Part shown: positions 1-10,414 of the stretch, in pieces
Layout: every line of letters starts with the position of its first letter
Position numbering within the stretch: the stretch's first letter is position 1
Assembly (NCBI RefSeq): GCF_004010195.1
Contig: NC_057719.1
Location: forward strand, 47,798,901-47,818,900
Source of the DNA: Chiloscyllium plagiosum
Taxonomy: Eukaryota
Length of the DNA: 20,000 bases
Direction: 5' to 3'
Made by a program: the position numbers and the translations under genes
Notes under the pieces: model-generated
What the model was told of the DNA's origin: nothing
What the model saw: the letters and a program-made list of their open reading frames with translations, nothing else
Database searches by the model: none

Positions 1-134
1 GCTTTTCATGGGCAGCATCTACTTGGGCTATTATCCACATTGCTGGATACTTTAAATGGAAGTTTGGAAGTATCTAAATTTGTTGGCACTTTAACACAGC
101 AAATAGAAATAAAATTGAATTCAGTAACTGTTGG

Positions 135-826
135 TCATAGAGTCATAGAGATGTACAGCACAGAAACAGACCCTTCGGTACAACCCGTCCATGCTGACCA
201 AATATCCCAACCCAATCTAGTCCCACCTGCCAGCACTCAGTCCATATCCCTCCAAACCATTCCTATTCATATACCCATCCAAATGCCTCTTAAATGTTGC
301 AATTGTACCAGCCTCCACCACTTCCTCTGGCAGCTCATTCCATACATGTACCACCGTCTGTATGAAAAGGTTGCCCCGTAGGTCTTTTTTATCTTTCCCC
401 TCTCGCCCTAAATCTATGCCCTCTAGTTCTAGACTCCCCCACCCCAGGGAAAAGACTTTGTCTATTTATCCTATTCATGCCCCTCATGGGTTTATAAACC
501 TCTATAAGGTCACCCATCAGCCTCCGACGTTCCAGGGACAACAGCCTCAGCCTGTTTAACTTCTCCCTATAGCTCAAATTCTCCAACCCTGGCAATATCC
601 TTGTAAATCTTTTCTGAACGCTTTCAAGTTTCACAACATCTTTCCGATAGGAAGGAGACCAGAATTGCACACAATATTCCAACAGTGGCCTAACCAATGT
701 CCTGTACAGCTGCAACATGACCTCTCGACTCCTGTACTCAATACTCTGACCAATAAAGGAAAGCATACCAAACGCCACCTTCACTATCATATCTACCTGC
801 GACTCCACTTTCAAGGAGCTGTGAAC
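135..826 (-). mobile_element. CR1-clade LINE (HER1-like), 3' portion: C-terminal ORF2 and 3' tail
   Basis: Minus ORF 389..847 has LYRTLVRPLLEYCVQFWSP...LESVQKRFTR...RRRLMGDLIEVYK, the typical CR1 ORF2 C-terminus. The 3' tail repeat (CTCTATGA)n reads tcatagagtcatagag on + at 135-150. Confidence 0.92.
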
Positions 827-1135
827 AAGGATCGGTGCTGGGTCCACTACTTTTTATCATTTGTATAAATGATTTGGATGTGAACATAGCAGGTATAGTT
901 AGTAAATTTGCAGGTGACACCAAAATTGGAGGTGTATTGGACAGCTAAGAAGGTTACCTCAGATTACGACGGGATCTTGATCAGATGGGCCAATGGCTGA
1001 GAAGTGGTACATGGAGTTTAATTAAGATAAATGGAAGGTGCTGCATTTTGGGAAAGCAAATCTTAGCAGGACTTATTCATTTAATGGTAAGATCCTAAGG
1101 AGTGTTGTTGAACAAAGAGACCTTGGAGTGCAGGT
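826..1135 (+). mobile_element. Inverted 5' segment of the same CR1 copy (RT core region)
   Basis: caaggatcggtgctgggtcc (QGSVLG), agtaaatttgcaggtgacaccaaaattgga (SKFAGDTKIG, degenerate FADD) and gaccttggagtgcaggt (DLGVQ). It ends where the minus segment begins (VHSSLKVESQV). Confidence 0.88.
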
Positions 1136-1184
1136 GGTAAACATAGAGTAGTTATGTATGTAAACTTACTTTCATTTTCTCCAG

Positions 1185-1334
1185 GTTCTGATTCTTGGTG
1201 AACCAAACCAATACAAGTTGGCTGCAAACAATCAACATTTGTTGGAGTTCAAACGTCGTTACAAAACTTTGCAAGATGTTACAAAGGTTTCCACCTACGG
1301 TGAAATTGATCTACATGCAATGTTAATGATATAA
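1185..1334 (+). CDS. lgals3: Terminal coding exon of a galectin, most like galectin-3 (C-terminal part of the carbohydrate-recognition domain)
   Basis: Acceptor ttactttcattttctccag|GTT at 1184/1185. Phase-0 translation VLILGEPNQYKLAANNQHLLEFKRRYKTLQDVTKVSTYGEIDLHAMLMI* is colinear with the galectin-3 C-terminus as recalled ([51 protein letters not shown]). Upstream exons lie outside the window; paralog identity is uncertain. Confidence 0.82.
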   Translation, partial: VLILGEPNQYKLAANNQHLLEFKRRYKTLQDVTKVSTYGEIDLHAMLMI

Positions 1335-1616
1335 ACACCAAAAAAATTATTTGAATGTTATCTCCAGCACTTACTGAATATACATACATATATATTTTTC
1401 TGTTCATTATTTTCTATCCAAACTAATGGCTGATTTGGATTGATTAAAAAGCTGTAACATAATTGAGTATTCCGACAGATTCCCAAACTTAGAATGAAGA
1501 CTTTTATTAATTGCATTTACTTTACAATTCTGCTATCATTGAATCTGTCTGAGAAAACCAGAGAGTTATTATAACAGGCCATTCAGACCATTGAGTCTAT
1601 GGGAGTATTTTCCCCA

Positions 1617-1622
1617 AATAAA
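1617..1622 (+). promoter_or_regulatory. Candidate polyadenylation signal for the galectin transcript
   Basis: AATAAA ~280 nt after the stop codon, followed by T/GT-rich sequence. An alternative ATTAAA lies at 1443-1448. Confidence 0.4.
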
Positions 1623-1823
1623 ATGGCTTGCTTTTCCTGCTTCTTGCTTGTTTTATTACTCTTTAATACTCCCCCTTCTCAGACAATATCTAATTGCTTT
1701 CAAAATGACTCAAAGTTTTCTTCATGATTGAGGAAGTCACATTTCACACAGTACTTTTTTTTCCAATCCCTAATTTTCTTGTGTTTGTATTTGACCCTGT
1801 CTGCTCAAGTAATTCAACAGAGA

Positions 1824-2004
1824 CAAAAAAAAACTGTAGATGCTGGAATCCAAAATAGACAGGCAAGCGGCTGGAAGAACACAGAAAGGCAGGCAACATC
1901 AGGAGGTGGAGAAGTCAACGTTGGTTACTCCCAAAATGTTGACTTCTCCACCTCCTGATGCTGTCTATCTTTGTGTGTTCTTCCAGCCTCCTGCCTGTCT
2001 ATCT
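1824..2004. mobile_element. Fold-back pair of PLE terminal-repeat fragments (~68 bp inverted arms)
   Basis: 1855-1922 (atagacaggc...aggaggtggagaagtcaacgtt) is the reverse complement of 1935-2002 (aatgttgacttctccacctcctgatg...gcctgtctat). The same family recurs at 13733-13848. Confidence 0.8.
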
Positions 2005-2280
2005 TAATAATTCATCAACCAATACAACCAATTTGTTTTTACATATCTTTATTGTTAACCCTATAAGACTGTGAACACCTTTTATTAGGCCATTTCATAA
2101 GCTTCTCAACTACAAGGTGTAAAATGCTAAATTCTCAAGAATTATATCTTCATAATTGGAATTGAAACCTAGCATCATTTCAGTGAATTTATGTTGCATA
2201 TCTTCCCTTATTCCCATTTCTTTATATCTTTGCAACTATACACGGTACACCACCTACAGCTTATATATTTATTCATCCAA

Positions 2281-2735
2281 ATCCTCAGATTGGAGCTGGA
2301 GCTGACTCCAAAACAGCTATTCCTTTCTAAAATGTGTGAAGCTTTGTAGCTTTGTGTAGTCCATCATATACCCACTAATCACCCTGACGGATGACCACCT
2401 CCCACCCCACCCCACCCCACCCCCATACACCAAGCACTCTCATTTTTAGGTACCCCACTCACTTCCCCATCTGTCCCATCACTCCCCCCGCTCACTCCCC
2501 AGGGCCTTCGGATGAATCCTTCCTGACATACGGCAGTAAGTACAAGAACAAACGTGTAAGTTTTGGCCTACCAGGTTGCTCCTCTGCTAAGTGGACCCTC
2601 TCCCCAGTTTTCACTGATGCATGCATTTGGGAGTGGCCAGACTCTGAAATTAGCCAGATAAACCATTAAAAGGTAAATGGGTGACAAATAGAGAATTATT
2701 GTCAATCAAACCTGCTCCAACTCTAATCTGAAAAT
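2281..2735. mobile_element. Possible old MITE / non-autonomous DNA transposon
   Basis: Imperfect terminal inverted repeats: 2281-2302 atcctcagattggagctggagc vs reverse complement of 2714-2735 attttcagattagagttggagc (18/22, all mismatches are transitions). Confidence 0.4.
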
Positions 2736-3294
2736 CTGGGCCAATACTGTGATTTAAAATTGAGGAATTGATTATGTGTGTAATTTGACCAAACTTTATA
2801 TTTACTGATGCAATAAATAAAACTGAACAAATTATTTTGTGTGTATGTGTTAGAACCTTTGTAGGAGGATTACACTGTCACTGTAATCTCATGATTGCAT
2901 GGGTCACATTACAAAACAAAAATACTTTATCAAATAATCAAGCTGACCAATGAAATATCTTCTCTGGTTTTAAACAATAAAATCTATTAACCAAATTTCT
3001 TAAACATAATTATTTGTAATAAACCAAACGGAAGTTGTTTAATGAAGGTACAATAATTGGGTAATGTACATAGTTTGTAATACAGTAATTGAAATACATT
3101 TCCCTTCTAAATATTTCCAAAATACAAACAAACCACACACTTTTCAAGGGAAAAAACGTTTTTCCACAGAGACCGGCCCATGTGTTTTTCAGTAAAGCCA
3201 ATGGTTTATCGTCCTTGAAGACAAAAGGATAAAGCAGAGAATATTACAGATCCTGTTGCTGTGATGTTTTGACATATGGCAAAATCACTAATTA

Positions 3295-3385
3295 TGCACT
3301 GAGCTCAACAAGGCTGGTAGTATCTGTGACAAGAGAAAGAAAGTTAATGCTTCAAATCCATAAGACTCAGCTTTATAGCTGAGAA
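3295..3385 (-). mobile_element. Old, degenerate PLE terminal-repeat fragment
   Basis: gagctcaacaaggctggtagtatctgtg...gaaagttaatgcttcaaatcca resembles the reverse complement of the pLTR at 13649-13732. Confidence 0.4.
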
Positions 3386-3429
3386 TTGACTGTCCACAGT
3401 ATCCATTGCCTTCAGTTGTATTTTGATAT

Positions 3430-4610
3430 CACATGGAGTGAATTGAATGGGCTCAAGACTGGGCATCTGTCATGCTGGAGGAGGCTAAGGTGTTGCAAAT
3501 ACTTCAGCCTCATCATTTGCAGTGATGCTTTGGATGCTTCCATCATTGAGAATGTGGATATTTGTGGAGCATCTTCCAATGAGTTGTTTAATTGTCCAAA
3601 ACCATTCATTAGAGAATATGGCAGAACTATAGCTCTTATATCTGACATATTCATTGTGAAATCCCTTAGTTCTATTTAATATTTGCTGCTTATGCTCTCT
3701 GGTATGCACATAGTCCTGCTTTGTAGCTTTACAGTAATCCCTCCTGCACTTTTCAATGAACCAGTGTTGATCCTGTGGCTTGATCATAATGATGGAATGG
3801 GGGATTTGTGGGGCTATAAGTTTGCAGATTGTGTTGAGTATGCTGCTGTTGTTGATGACTCACAGCATCTCATGGATGCCTAATCTTGAGTTGCTCGATT
3901 TCTTCTGAATTTGTCTAATTTAGCATAGTGGAGGGTATGCTCAATGTGAAGGAATGACTGTTTCCACGAAAACTATGTAGCGGTTACTCTTACCAGTACT
4001 TTCATGGACAGATGCATCTGCAGCTGGCAGATTGGTGAGGGTGAGGTTAAGGATGTCTAACCCTCTTGTTGATTCCTTCACCTCCTGCCGACCAGTCTAG
4101 CAGCTGTGTCCTCTAGGATTTGACAAGTTCAATCGGTAGTGCTGCTGGTGGCGGACATTGAAGTACCCCACCTAGAGTACATTCTGCGTCCTTGCCATCT
4201 CCTCTGTTTTTCCTGTAGATAGTAGTCAACATGAAGCAATACTGATTCATCACCCAAGGGAAGACACTGCATGGTAACAGCAGGAGATTTTCTTGCCCGT
4301 GTTTGACTTGATGGTCTGAATCAATCACAGGGTAACGTCTCTCTATCTTTTGTGCTACTACTGCTGGGTCTGTCCTGCTGTTTGGAAGGGCTGGCAGTAT
4401 TGGTATCTGAGACATTGTAAGGTATGATTCCATTGGTATGACTGTGTCTTACCCTTACGTGATGAGTCTATGAGAAACAGCTCTCTCAAAACTTGGTACA
4501 ACCACCCCCTACCCTCCAAAAGCATTGGTAAGGAAGACTTTACAGGATCAGCAGGGCTGAATTTACAGTTGCTGTTCCTGGTACCTTGGTTGATGCCAAG
4601 TGGTCCACCG
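3430..4610 (-). mobile_element. Degenerate CR1/L2-group LINE, AP-endonuclease region of ORF2
   Basis: Minus-strand remnants HQVKHGQENLLL and LTTIYR. The ggacattgaagtacccca segment reads as G(D/Y)FNV on minus. Many frameshifts. Confidence 0.6.
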
Positions 4611-4699
4611 AAATACTTTTTAACAGTTGGGTGAAATTGAAAGGCTTATTAGATCATCTGAGAGTCAACCAGTCAATATCAATAGGTGGGTTTTCACGG

Positions 4700-4843
4700 T
4701 CATCATTAAACTTGAATTCCAGATTTTTAAAAAAGAATTATCGTTCTCAATCTGCTGTAGTAGGATCCGTGCCAGGTTCCCAGGTCATTACCTGGATCTC
4801 TAGATTCCTTGACCAACGACAATACCATGACAACAACATTGCT
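4700..4843 (-). mobile_element. Old tRNA-derived SINE head (SacSINE1/DeuSINE-like)
   Basis: Minus strand reads tggtattgtcgttggtc...aatctagagatccaggtaatgacctgggaacctggcacggatcctactacagcagat...tggaattcaa, a decayed A/B-box head resembling shark SINE heads from memory. Confidence 0.4.
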
Positions 4844-6357
4844 GATATCTGCCACCTCCTTCCAGAAGAGCAGGGAGCCTGCATAACTAGTGCTACTCAA
4901 GACCAGCACAGACCAGAATCTCTTCTTTGGCTCCTCCCAAGAATTTAGATAAGTCCCCAAGGCCAAAGTTACAATGCGAAGTGAGGAATGAGATTGCTGT
5001 GCCTCTGGTGATGATCTTTGCATCCTCACTCTCCACGGGAGTAGTGCTGGATGATGGAGAATGGCAATTGTTCCTCTGTTCAAGAAAGGGGATTAGGGAA
5101 ATCCCTGAGAATTACAGACCAGTCAGTTGTACATCTGTGGTAAGCAAGGTACTGGAAAGGATTCTGAGAGATAGGGTTCATGACTATTTGGAAAAACATA
5201 GTTAATTAAAGGTAGTCAGCATGGTTTTGTGAGGGGCAGGTCATGCCTCACAAGCTTTATCAAGAGACGGGACAAGTTGACGAAGATTGAGCAGTGGATG
5301 TGGTGTATATGGATTTCAGTAAGCGTACTTGATAAGGTCCCCCACAGTAGGCTCATTCAGAAAGTTAGAAGTTATGGGATACAGGAAAATTGGCTGGCCA
5401 AAAGAAGATAGCAAGTGGTAGTGGAAGGAAAGCATTTGCCTGGATGTTGGTGACCAGTGGTATACGCAGTGATCTGTTCTTGAGCCTCTGCTCTTTGTAG
5501 TTTTTATAAATGACTTGGATGAAGAAGTGGAAGGGTGGGTTAGTAAGTTTGCTGATGATGCAAAGGTCGGTGGTGTTGTAGATAGTGTTGAGGGTTGTTG
5601 CAGGCTAAAACAAGACATTAACAGGATGCAGAACTGGGCTGAGAAGTGGTAGATGGAGTTCAACCTGGATAAATGTGAAGTGATTAATTTTGGAAGGTCA
5701 AACTCGAATGCTGAATGCAGGGTTAAAGATAGGTTTCTTCATCGTGTGGAGGAACAGCAGGATCTTGGAGTCCACGTACATAGATGCATCAAAGTTCCCA
5801 CCCACGTCGATAGGGTTGTTAAGAAGGCATATGGTGTTTTGGCTTTCATTAACAGGGGGATTGAGTTTAAGAGCCGCAAGGTTTTGCTGCAGCTCTATAA
5901 AACCTGGTCAGACCACACTTGGAATATTGTTTCCAGTTCTCGTCGCCTCATTACAGGAAGGATGTAGATGCTTTAGAGACGGTGCAGAGGAGATTTACCA
6001 CTATGCTGTCTAGATTGGAGGGCATCCTTATGTAGAGAGGTTGAGTGAGCTAGGGCATTTCACACTGGAGTAAAGAAGGAAGAGAGGTGACTTGATAGAG
6101 GTGTACAAAGTAATGAGAGGCATAGACAGTGTAGATAGCCAGACATTTTTCTCCAATACAGAAATGGCTGTCACAAAGGGTCATAATTTTAAGATGATTG
6201 GAGGAATGTTTAGATGAGATGTCAGAGGTAGGTTTTTTATGCAGAGAGTGTGGCTGCATGGAATACACTGCCAGCGGCGGTGGTAGAGTCAGAGACATTT
6301 AAGCGACTGCTGGTCCAGCACATAGGGGGCAGGAAATTGACAGGTGTGTAGATTAGG

Positions 6358-6483
6358 GGGGAAAGTGAGGACTGCAGATGCTGGAGATCAGAGCTGAAAA
6401 TGTGTTGCTGGAAAAGCGCAGCAGGTCAGGCAGCATCCAAGGAGCAGGAGAATCGACGTTTCGGGCATGAGCCCTTCTTCAGG
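6358..6483 (-). mobile_element. Short non-autonomous PLE pLTR-derived element carrying a hammerhead motif, inserted in the CR1 3' UTR
   Basis: Homologous to 11924-12058 and 14926-15050. Flanked by the imperfect direct repeat caggtgtgtagattagg (6341-6357) / caggtgtgtaggttcgg (6480-6496). Confidence 0.8.
6450..6483 (-). ncRNA. Minimal type-I hammerhead ribozyme motif (intact core, stem I 5' strand lost)
   Basis: Minus strand: C-CUGAAGA-A-GGGC-UCAU-GCCC-GAAAC-GUC-GAUUC. Confidence 0.65.
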
Positions 6484-6632
6484 TGTGTAGGTTCGGTTGA
6501 TTTTAGATAAAGATAAATGCTTAGCACAACATGATGGGCCGAAGAGCCTGTACTGTGCTGTCCTGTTCTATGTAATTTACTGTATGCGGGATTTCAAAAT
6601 ACGCTGTTCACAGATCTGGATGGGATTCTGAA

Positions 6633-6694
6633 TGGAGTGTCAGTGTGGACTCAATGGGCCAAATGGCCTTTTTCCACATTGTAGAAATTCTATG
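6633..6694 (+). mobile_element. Isolated HE1/HER1-type 3' tail fragment
   Basis: gtcagtgtggactcaatgggccaaatggcctttttccacattgtagaaattctatg matches the 3' ends of the SINEs at 10850-10900 and 19250-19300. Confidence 0.6.
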
Positions 6695-7024
6695 AAAAAG
6701 TGCATCTCCCAAATGACTATGCCATATTTGCCAGATTCACTTTATAACTGAAGAGACCACTCAGATTGAGAGAGTCCTTGGATTTTTTTGCTCTGGCTGG
6801 TCAAACCTCCCACAGATTGGGCTCGATGAAGAGACTTTGCAGACAAGTTGTAATGTTTAAACATCCCCTTCCAAATCCATTTTAATTTAGATTCCTCCTC
6901 TCTCCCTCACCTTTGGTTGTCTGCATTGCTCTTAATAGGCTTTGCATGCAAATTAATAAATTGGAAAACATGGGTGACAGTTAATAGATTAAAGGTACTA
7001 TGGGTAGTTTGGTTGTGGGAAAAA

Positions 7025-7309
7025 AGATTTCCTGATGATAAGGGAGTCCAGAACCTGGGGGTCACACTCTAAGGATACAGGTTAGAGAATGATGAACCTG
7101 TGGAATTCTCTGCCGCACAAAGTGGTCGAGGGCAAAACATTGAATGTTTTTAAAAAAAGTTATCTGTATAGTTTTTAGGGCAAAGGGGTTCAAAGGGTAT
7201 GGGAAGTAAATAGAAACAGGGTTGGATGATCAGCCACAATCATTGAATTACAGAGCAGGCTCAAGGAGCTGAATGACTTCTTCCTGATCCTATTTTTGAT
7301 GTTTCTATG
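7025..7309 (+). mobile_element. CR1 LINE 3' fragment (older subfamily)
   Basis: ggagtccagaacctgggggtcacactctaagg (ESRT.GH motif), ctgtggaattctctgccg (LWNSLP) and tail gagcaggctcaaggagctgaatg...tgtttctatg. Confidence 0.7.
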
Positions 7310-7484
7310 TAAGTTGAGAGTTTTCACCCAAATACATGGGCAATGTATTCCAGACACCCACCATCCTCTGGATGAAAACAGTTTTCCTCATAATCCCTCT
7401 CATACCTGCAATTTTCAGCCCTGACATCCTTCTTGTAAATCTCCCTGTTCTCTCTCGGGAACGCCATTATGTGGAGGTACCAGT

Positions 7485-8067
7485 TGTCACAAAGCTGATC
7501 CTTTTCCTCAAAGTTACTGTGTCCTTGATTTTCTACAGAGAGGTCGTAAAACAGCTCAGGCTCTGAAACAGCTAAGTTGGTGCAGAAATGAATGGTTTAT
7601 TGAGGCCCTTTTTGTTCACCCCTAATCAGATGATACCCTAGGCCAAAGGTTTTCATGTTTTAGAAATCTCTTGTGTAATGAAAGGAGAGTGGCCAGTCCA
7701 GACAGCTGAGGCTTTTTGATTCGGTTACAGCAGGGGATGTGTGAAACGAGCTGCTGGACTTCTCTCTCTCCTTGCAAACTGTAAGCCTGTGCCATGTTTT
7801 ACTGTTTATGCTAAGGGATGTCTGAGTTTTCGGAACAACATAATTAATTTGGGTTTGGATAGGGTAAGTTATCGGGTGTTCTATTTTCTGTTCTTTGTGT
7901 CTCATTGCGTAATTTTGCAAATAAATTTTGTTTGTTTAAAACTTGGAGTCGACCCAGCTAGTTTGCACCGGGAATATCAACTTTACACCTAGCTAAACAA
8001 ATAGCAAAGTTACGGTCTGGGCTACCTGCTTAAAGAGGTTTTGAGGGGTCTGGCCTAGTCCATAGCA
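7485..8067 (+). mobile_element. Solo LTR (probably Gypsy-type LTR retrotransposon)
   Basis: 583 bp with TG...CA ends (tgtcac...catagca), a 4 bp flanking duplication cagt/gagt (1 mismatch) and AATAAA at 7920-7925. Removing it rejoins a PLE pLTR (tatgtggaggtaccagt + attggacagggatggacaaag, cf. 10329-10365). Confidence 0.72.
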
Positions 8068-8071
8068 GAGT

Positions 8072-8177
8072 ATTGGACAGGGATGGACAAAGTCAAAAGT
8101 CCCACAACAACACGGTATAGTCCAACAGGTTTATTTGAAATGACAAGCTTTTGGAGTGCAGCCCCTTTGTCAGGTGG
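8072..8177 (-). mobile_element. PLE pLTR with decayed hammerhead motif (continues at 7468-7484 across the LTR)
   Basis: Homologous to 10328-10450 (tccaacaggtttatttg...). Minus strand CAC-CUGACAA-A-GGGGC-UGC-ACUCC-AAAAG-CUU-GUC. Confidence 0.75.
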
Positions 8178-9574
8178 ACAATTATGCCCTTCCTGAATGC
8201 GCTGACTAGACCTGTGCACAATTCCCAGCTGTGGCCTAACCAGTGTCCAGTATAATTCCAGCATTACATCCTTGATTCTGTATTTATTATCTCACTCAAT
8301 GAAGGATAACATTCCATATGCCTTTGTTACCATAATATCTATTTGACCTGCTCACTTCAGGAATCCGTGAATGTACACTCTAGGGTCTCTCAATTCCTCA
8401 ATACCTTCTCAATACTGTCCTAATTATTTGTGCATTCCCCAAATACATAACTTTTCATTTTTCCAGGTTGAGTTCCCACCTTGCCACTTTTCTGTCCACT
8501 CAACCATGCATTGATATAATTCTGCAGCCAACATGCATCCTCTTCACTATCAACTACATACCTAATTTTTGTGTTGTCTATAAATTTCCTAATTATACTT
8601 CCCACATTTACTATATATATATAGCACAAACTGCAAGGCACCAACGCTGTACCCTCTGGTACACACATGCAGGAGAAGACCGAAGACATCAGACTGAAGG
8701 TGTTTGCATTTGAATGCAGGACTCTACTCATCTTCTGTTGAGGTCATTGAATCTCTTTCAACATTTCATACCCAAATTTCTAACTTGTCAATGCAGATAG
8801 TGTCTGGCTTGGTGAATCTTTCCAATGTCTTTTGTTTGCATTTCAGAATTTTAAACATTTACAGATCTTTTGTTGCTTTTTATTAATAAAAGTGTGAATG
8901 TTATGCTTTGAAAATTGAAACTTGAAATTCCAACTTTAATAATATACCAAATAAAAAATAGGAAACCAAAGACATTGGAAGTTTTCAATAAAAACTGATA
9001 ACATTTCATTGTATTATAAATATATAAAGTGTATTTTACAAGAAGGTGAGATGGCTGAAAAACAATCAGGTCAATTTAAAGATACCCACAAGGTGGCGAC
9101 ATTTGCACATGATTTGAAACTACCAGGACATGATTATTGGGCATCTAGTGAGCTGAAATTCAGACAGGGGCAATGATTAACATACAGCAATCGATGCAAT
9201 AAGGTTTCATGGCAAGTTGGATTTCAATGTAACTGCCAGTTAAGTGGCGGGGTGTGGGGTTAGAATTTCGATTGGGGTCTCCCGGGACTGTCAGTCACAG
9301 GCACATTCCTGCTTGTGCTGGCCATAGTCATGGAATAAATCTGGTTACATTCTGAGGAGTGGGCAACAGTCAGTTCTACAAGACCATCACAAGTAGTCAA
9401 GACAATCGTATCTTGTCAATCAGGAAGCTGCAAACATAATGGCCAGGGGTCTGGGCGGTCATGTTTATGGGTTCTTCATCGAAGTCTGCCAGAGATCTAA
9501 GGTAAATACAGTCCTGAGGGTCCATGCATTGAGAAAGATTCAAGGGAGGGGCTATAGGGAAAACTGGGAAATCA

Positions 9575-9693
9575 CTAACAAAAGCAACGAGTAGTCGAGG
9601 CTGTGGGCAGATCAACCATGATCTAATTGAATGACCAAGCAGACTTAATGGGCTGAAAGGTCTGTATATGCTCCCATGTCTGATGGTCTTATG
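9575..9693 (+). mobile_element. CR1 3' tail fragment
   Basis: cagatcaaccatgatctaattgaatg...gcagacttaatgggctgaaaggtctgtatatgctcc resembles the tail at 7225-7309. Confidence 0.55.
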
Positions 9694-10414
9694 GAGAGGG
9701 GAAAGCAGAGTTATGTGTTTAGGTGGGACAAGGGGATGGGCAGAATAGAATTGGAGGAAATCGTGGTCTGTAGGAGGAATGAGTTATTGACAGTGACCAC
9801 CGTGGCCTCCACTGGAGGAGTGCAGAGGACAAGAATGGGCATCATTAAGGTATAAAGTCTGGGTTCAAGGGCAGGGAGAACAGTTGGAGGCAATCTCCAA
9901 AGTGGTGGGTCTCCAGGTGAGGGAGTGAGTTGTAAAAGGTTGTAGGATGGTGTGAGGTAAAAGGATTGAAGGAGGTTCTGGCAGTGGGAGTGGGAGAAGG
10001 GCAGTGAGGGGTAGAGGTGGGGTGGTTGGGAACTGGTTGGTGACCAGGTAGGGCCTGTGCTGGCATACCCAACATGAGCTGTGATGTGAAATCCAACCAG
10101 AAAATAGTTGGGACAATGCCCAGGGTGGACAGAGTCACTGTCACTTTGATGAATGAAAGCACAGGATCCATGTCTGCTGGATGTTGGGTTATTGAAAGGG
10201 TAAAGACTTAAAACAGCAATATGCAAACTGCAAGTAATTTATAATCCAAGAATTTCTTTGCCCATTTGCACTGCATGCAGTATTAATGTGCTTTAGTGAT
10301 TTGTGTCATGCCATTGGTCTTTGCAATGATGTGGAGGGGCCGGTGTTGGACTGGGGTGGGCAAAATTAAAAATCGCACAACACCAGGTGATATTCCAACA
10401 GGTTTATTTGGAAG

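Larger units (their letters stand above)
4947..6572 (+). mobile_element. CR1 LINE, 5'-truncated ORF2 (RT) with 3' tail, pseudogenised
   Basis: DKSP.P, NYRPVSCTSVVSKVLERILRD, DKVPHSRL, SKFADDAKVGG (5542-5574), MEFNLDKCEV and QQDLGVHVH. 3' tail gggccgaagagcctgtactgtgctgtcctgttctatg. Interrupted at 6358-6483. Confidence 0.92.
7330..8665 (-). mobile_element. Old CR1 LINE in two pieces (about 7330-7400 and 8178-8665), split by a PLE pLTR and an LTR
   Basis: Minus ORF pieces MLELYWTLVRPQL and IIRKFIDNTKI...VDSEED (degenerate FADDTKI). 7345-7390 matches the CR1 FFxQRxVxxWN region. Confidence 0.65.

Noticed and set aside
9711..10226. 171 aa and overlapping minus-strand ORFs
   Set aside because: Low-complexity Pro/Ser/Leu/Thr content from a purine-skewed stretch. 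Possibly an old L2-like remnant, but no motif could be confirmed.
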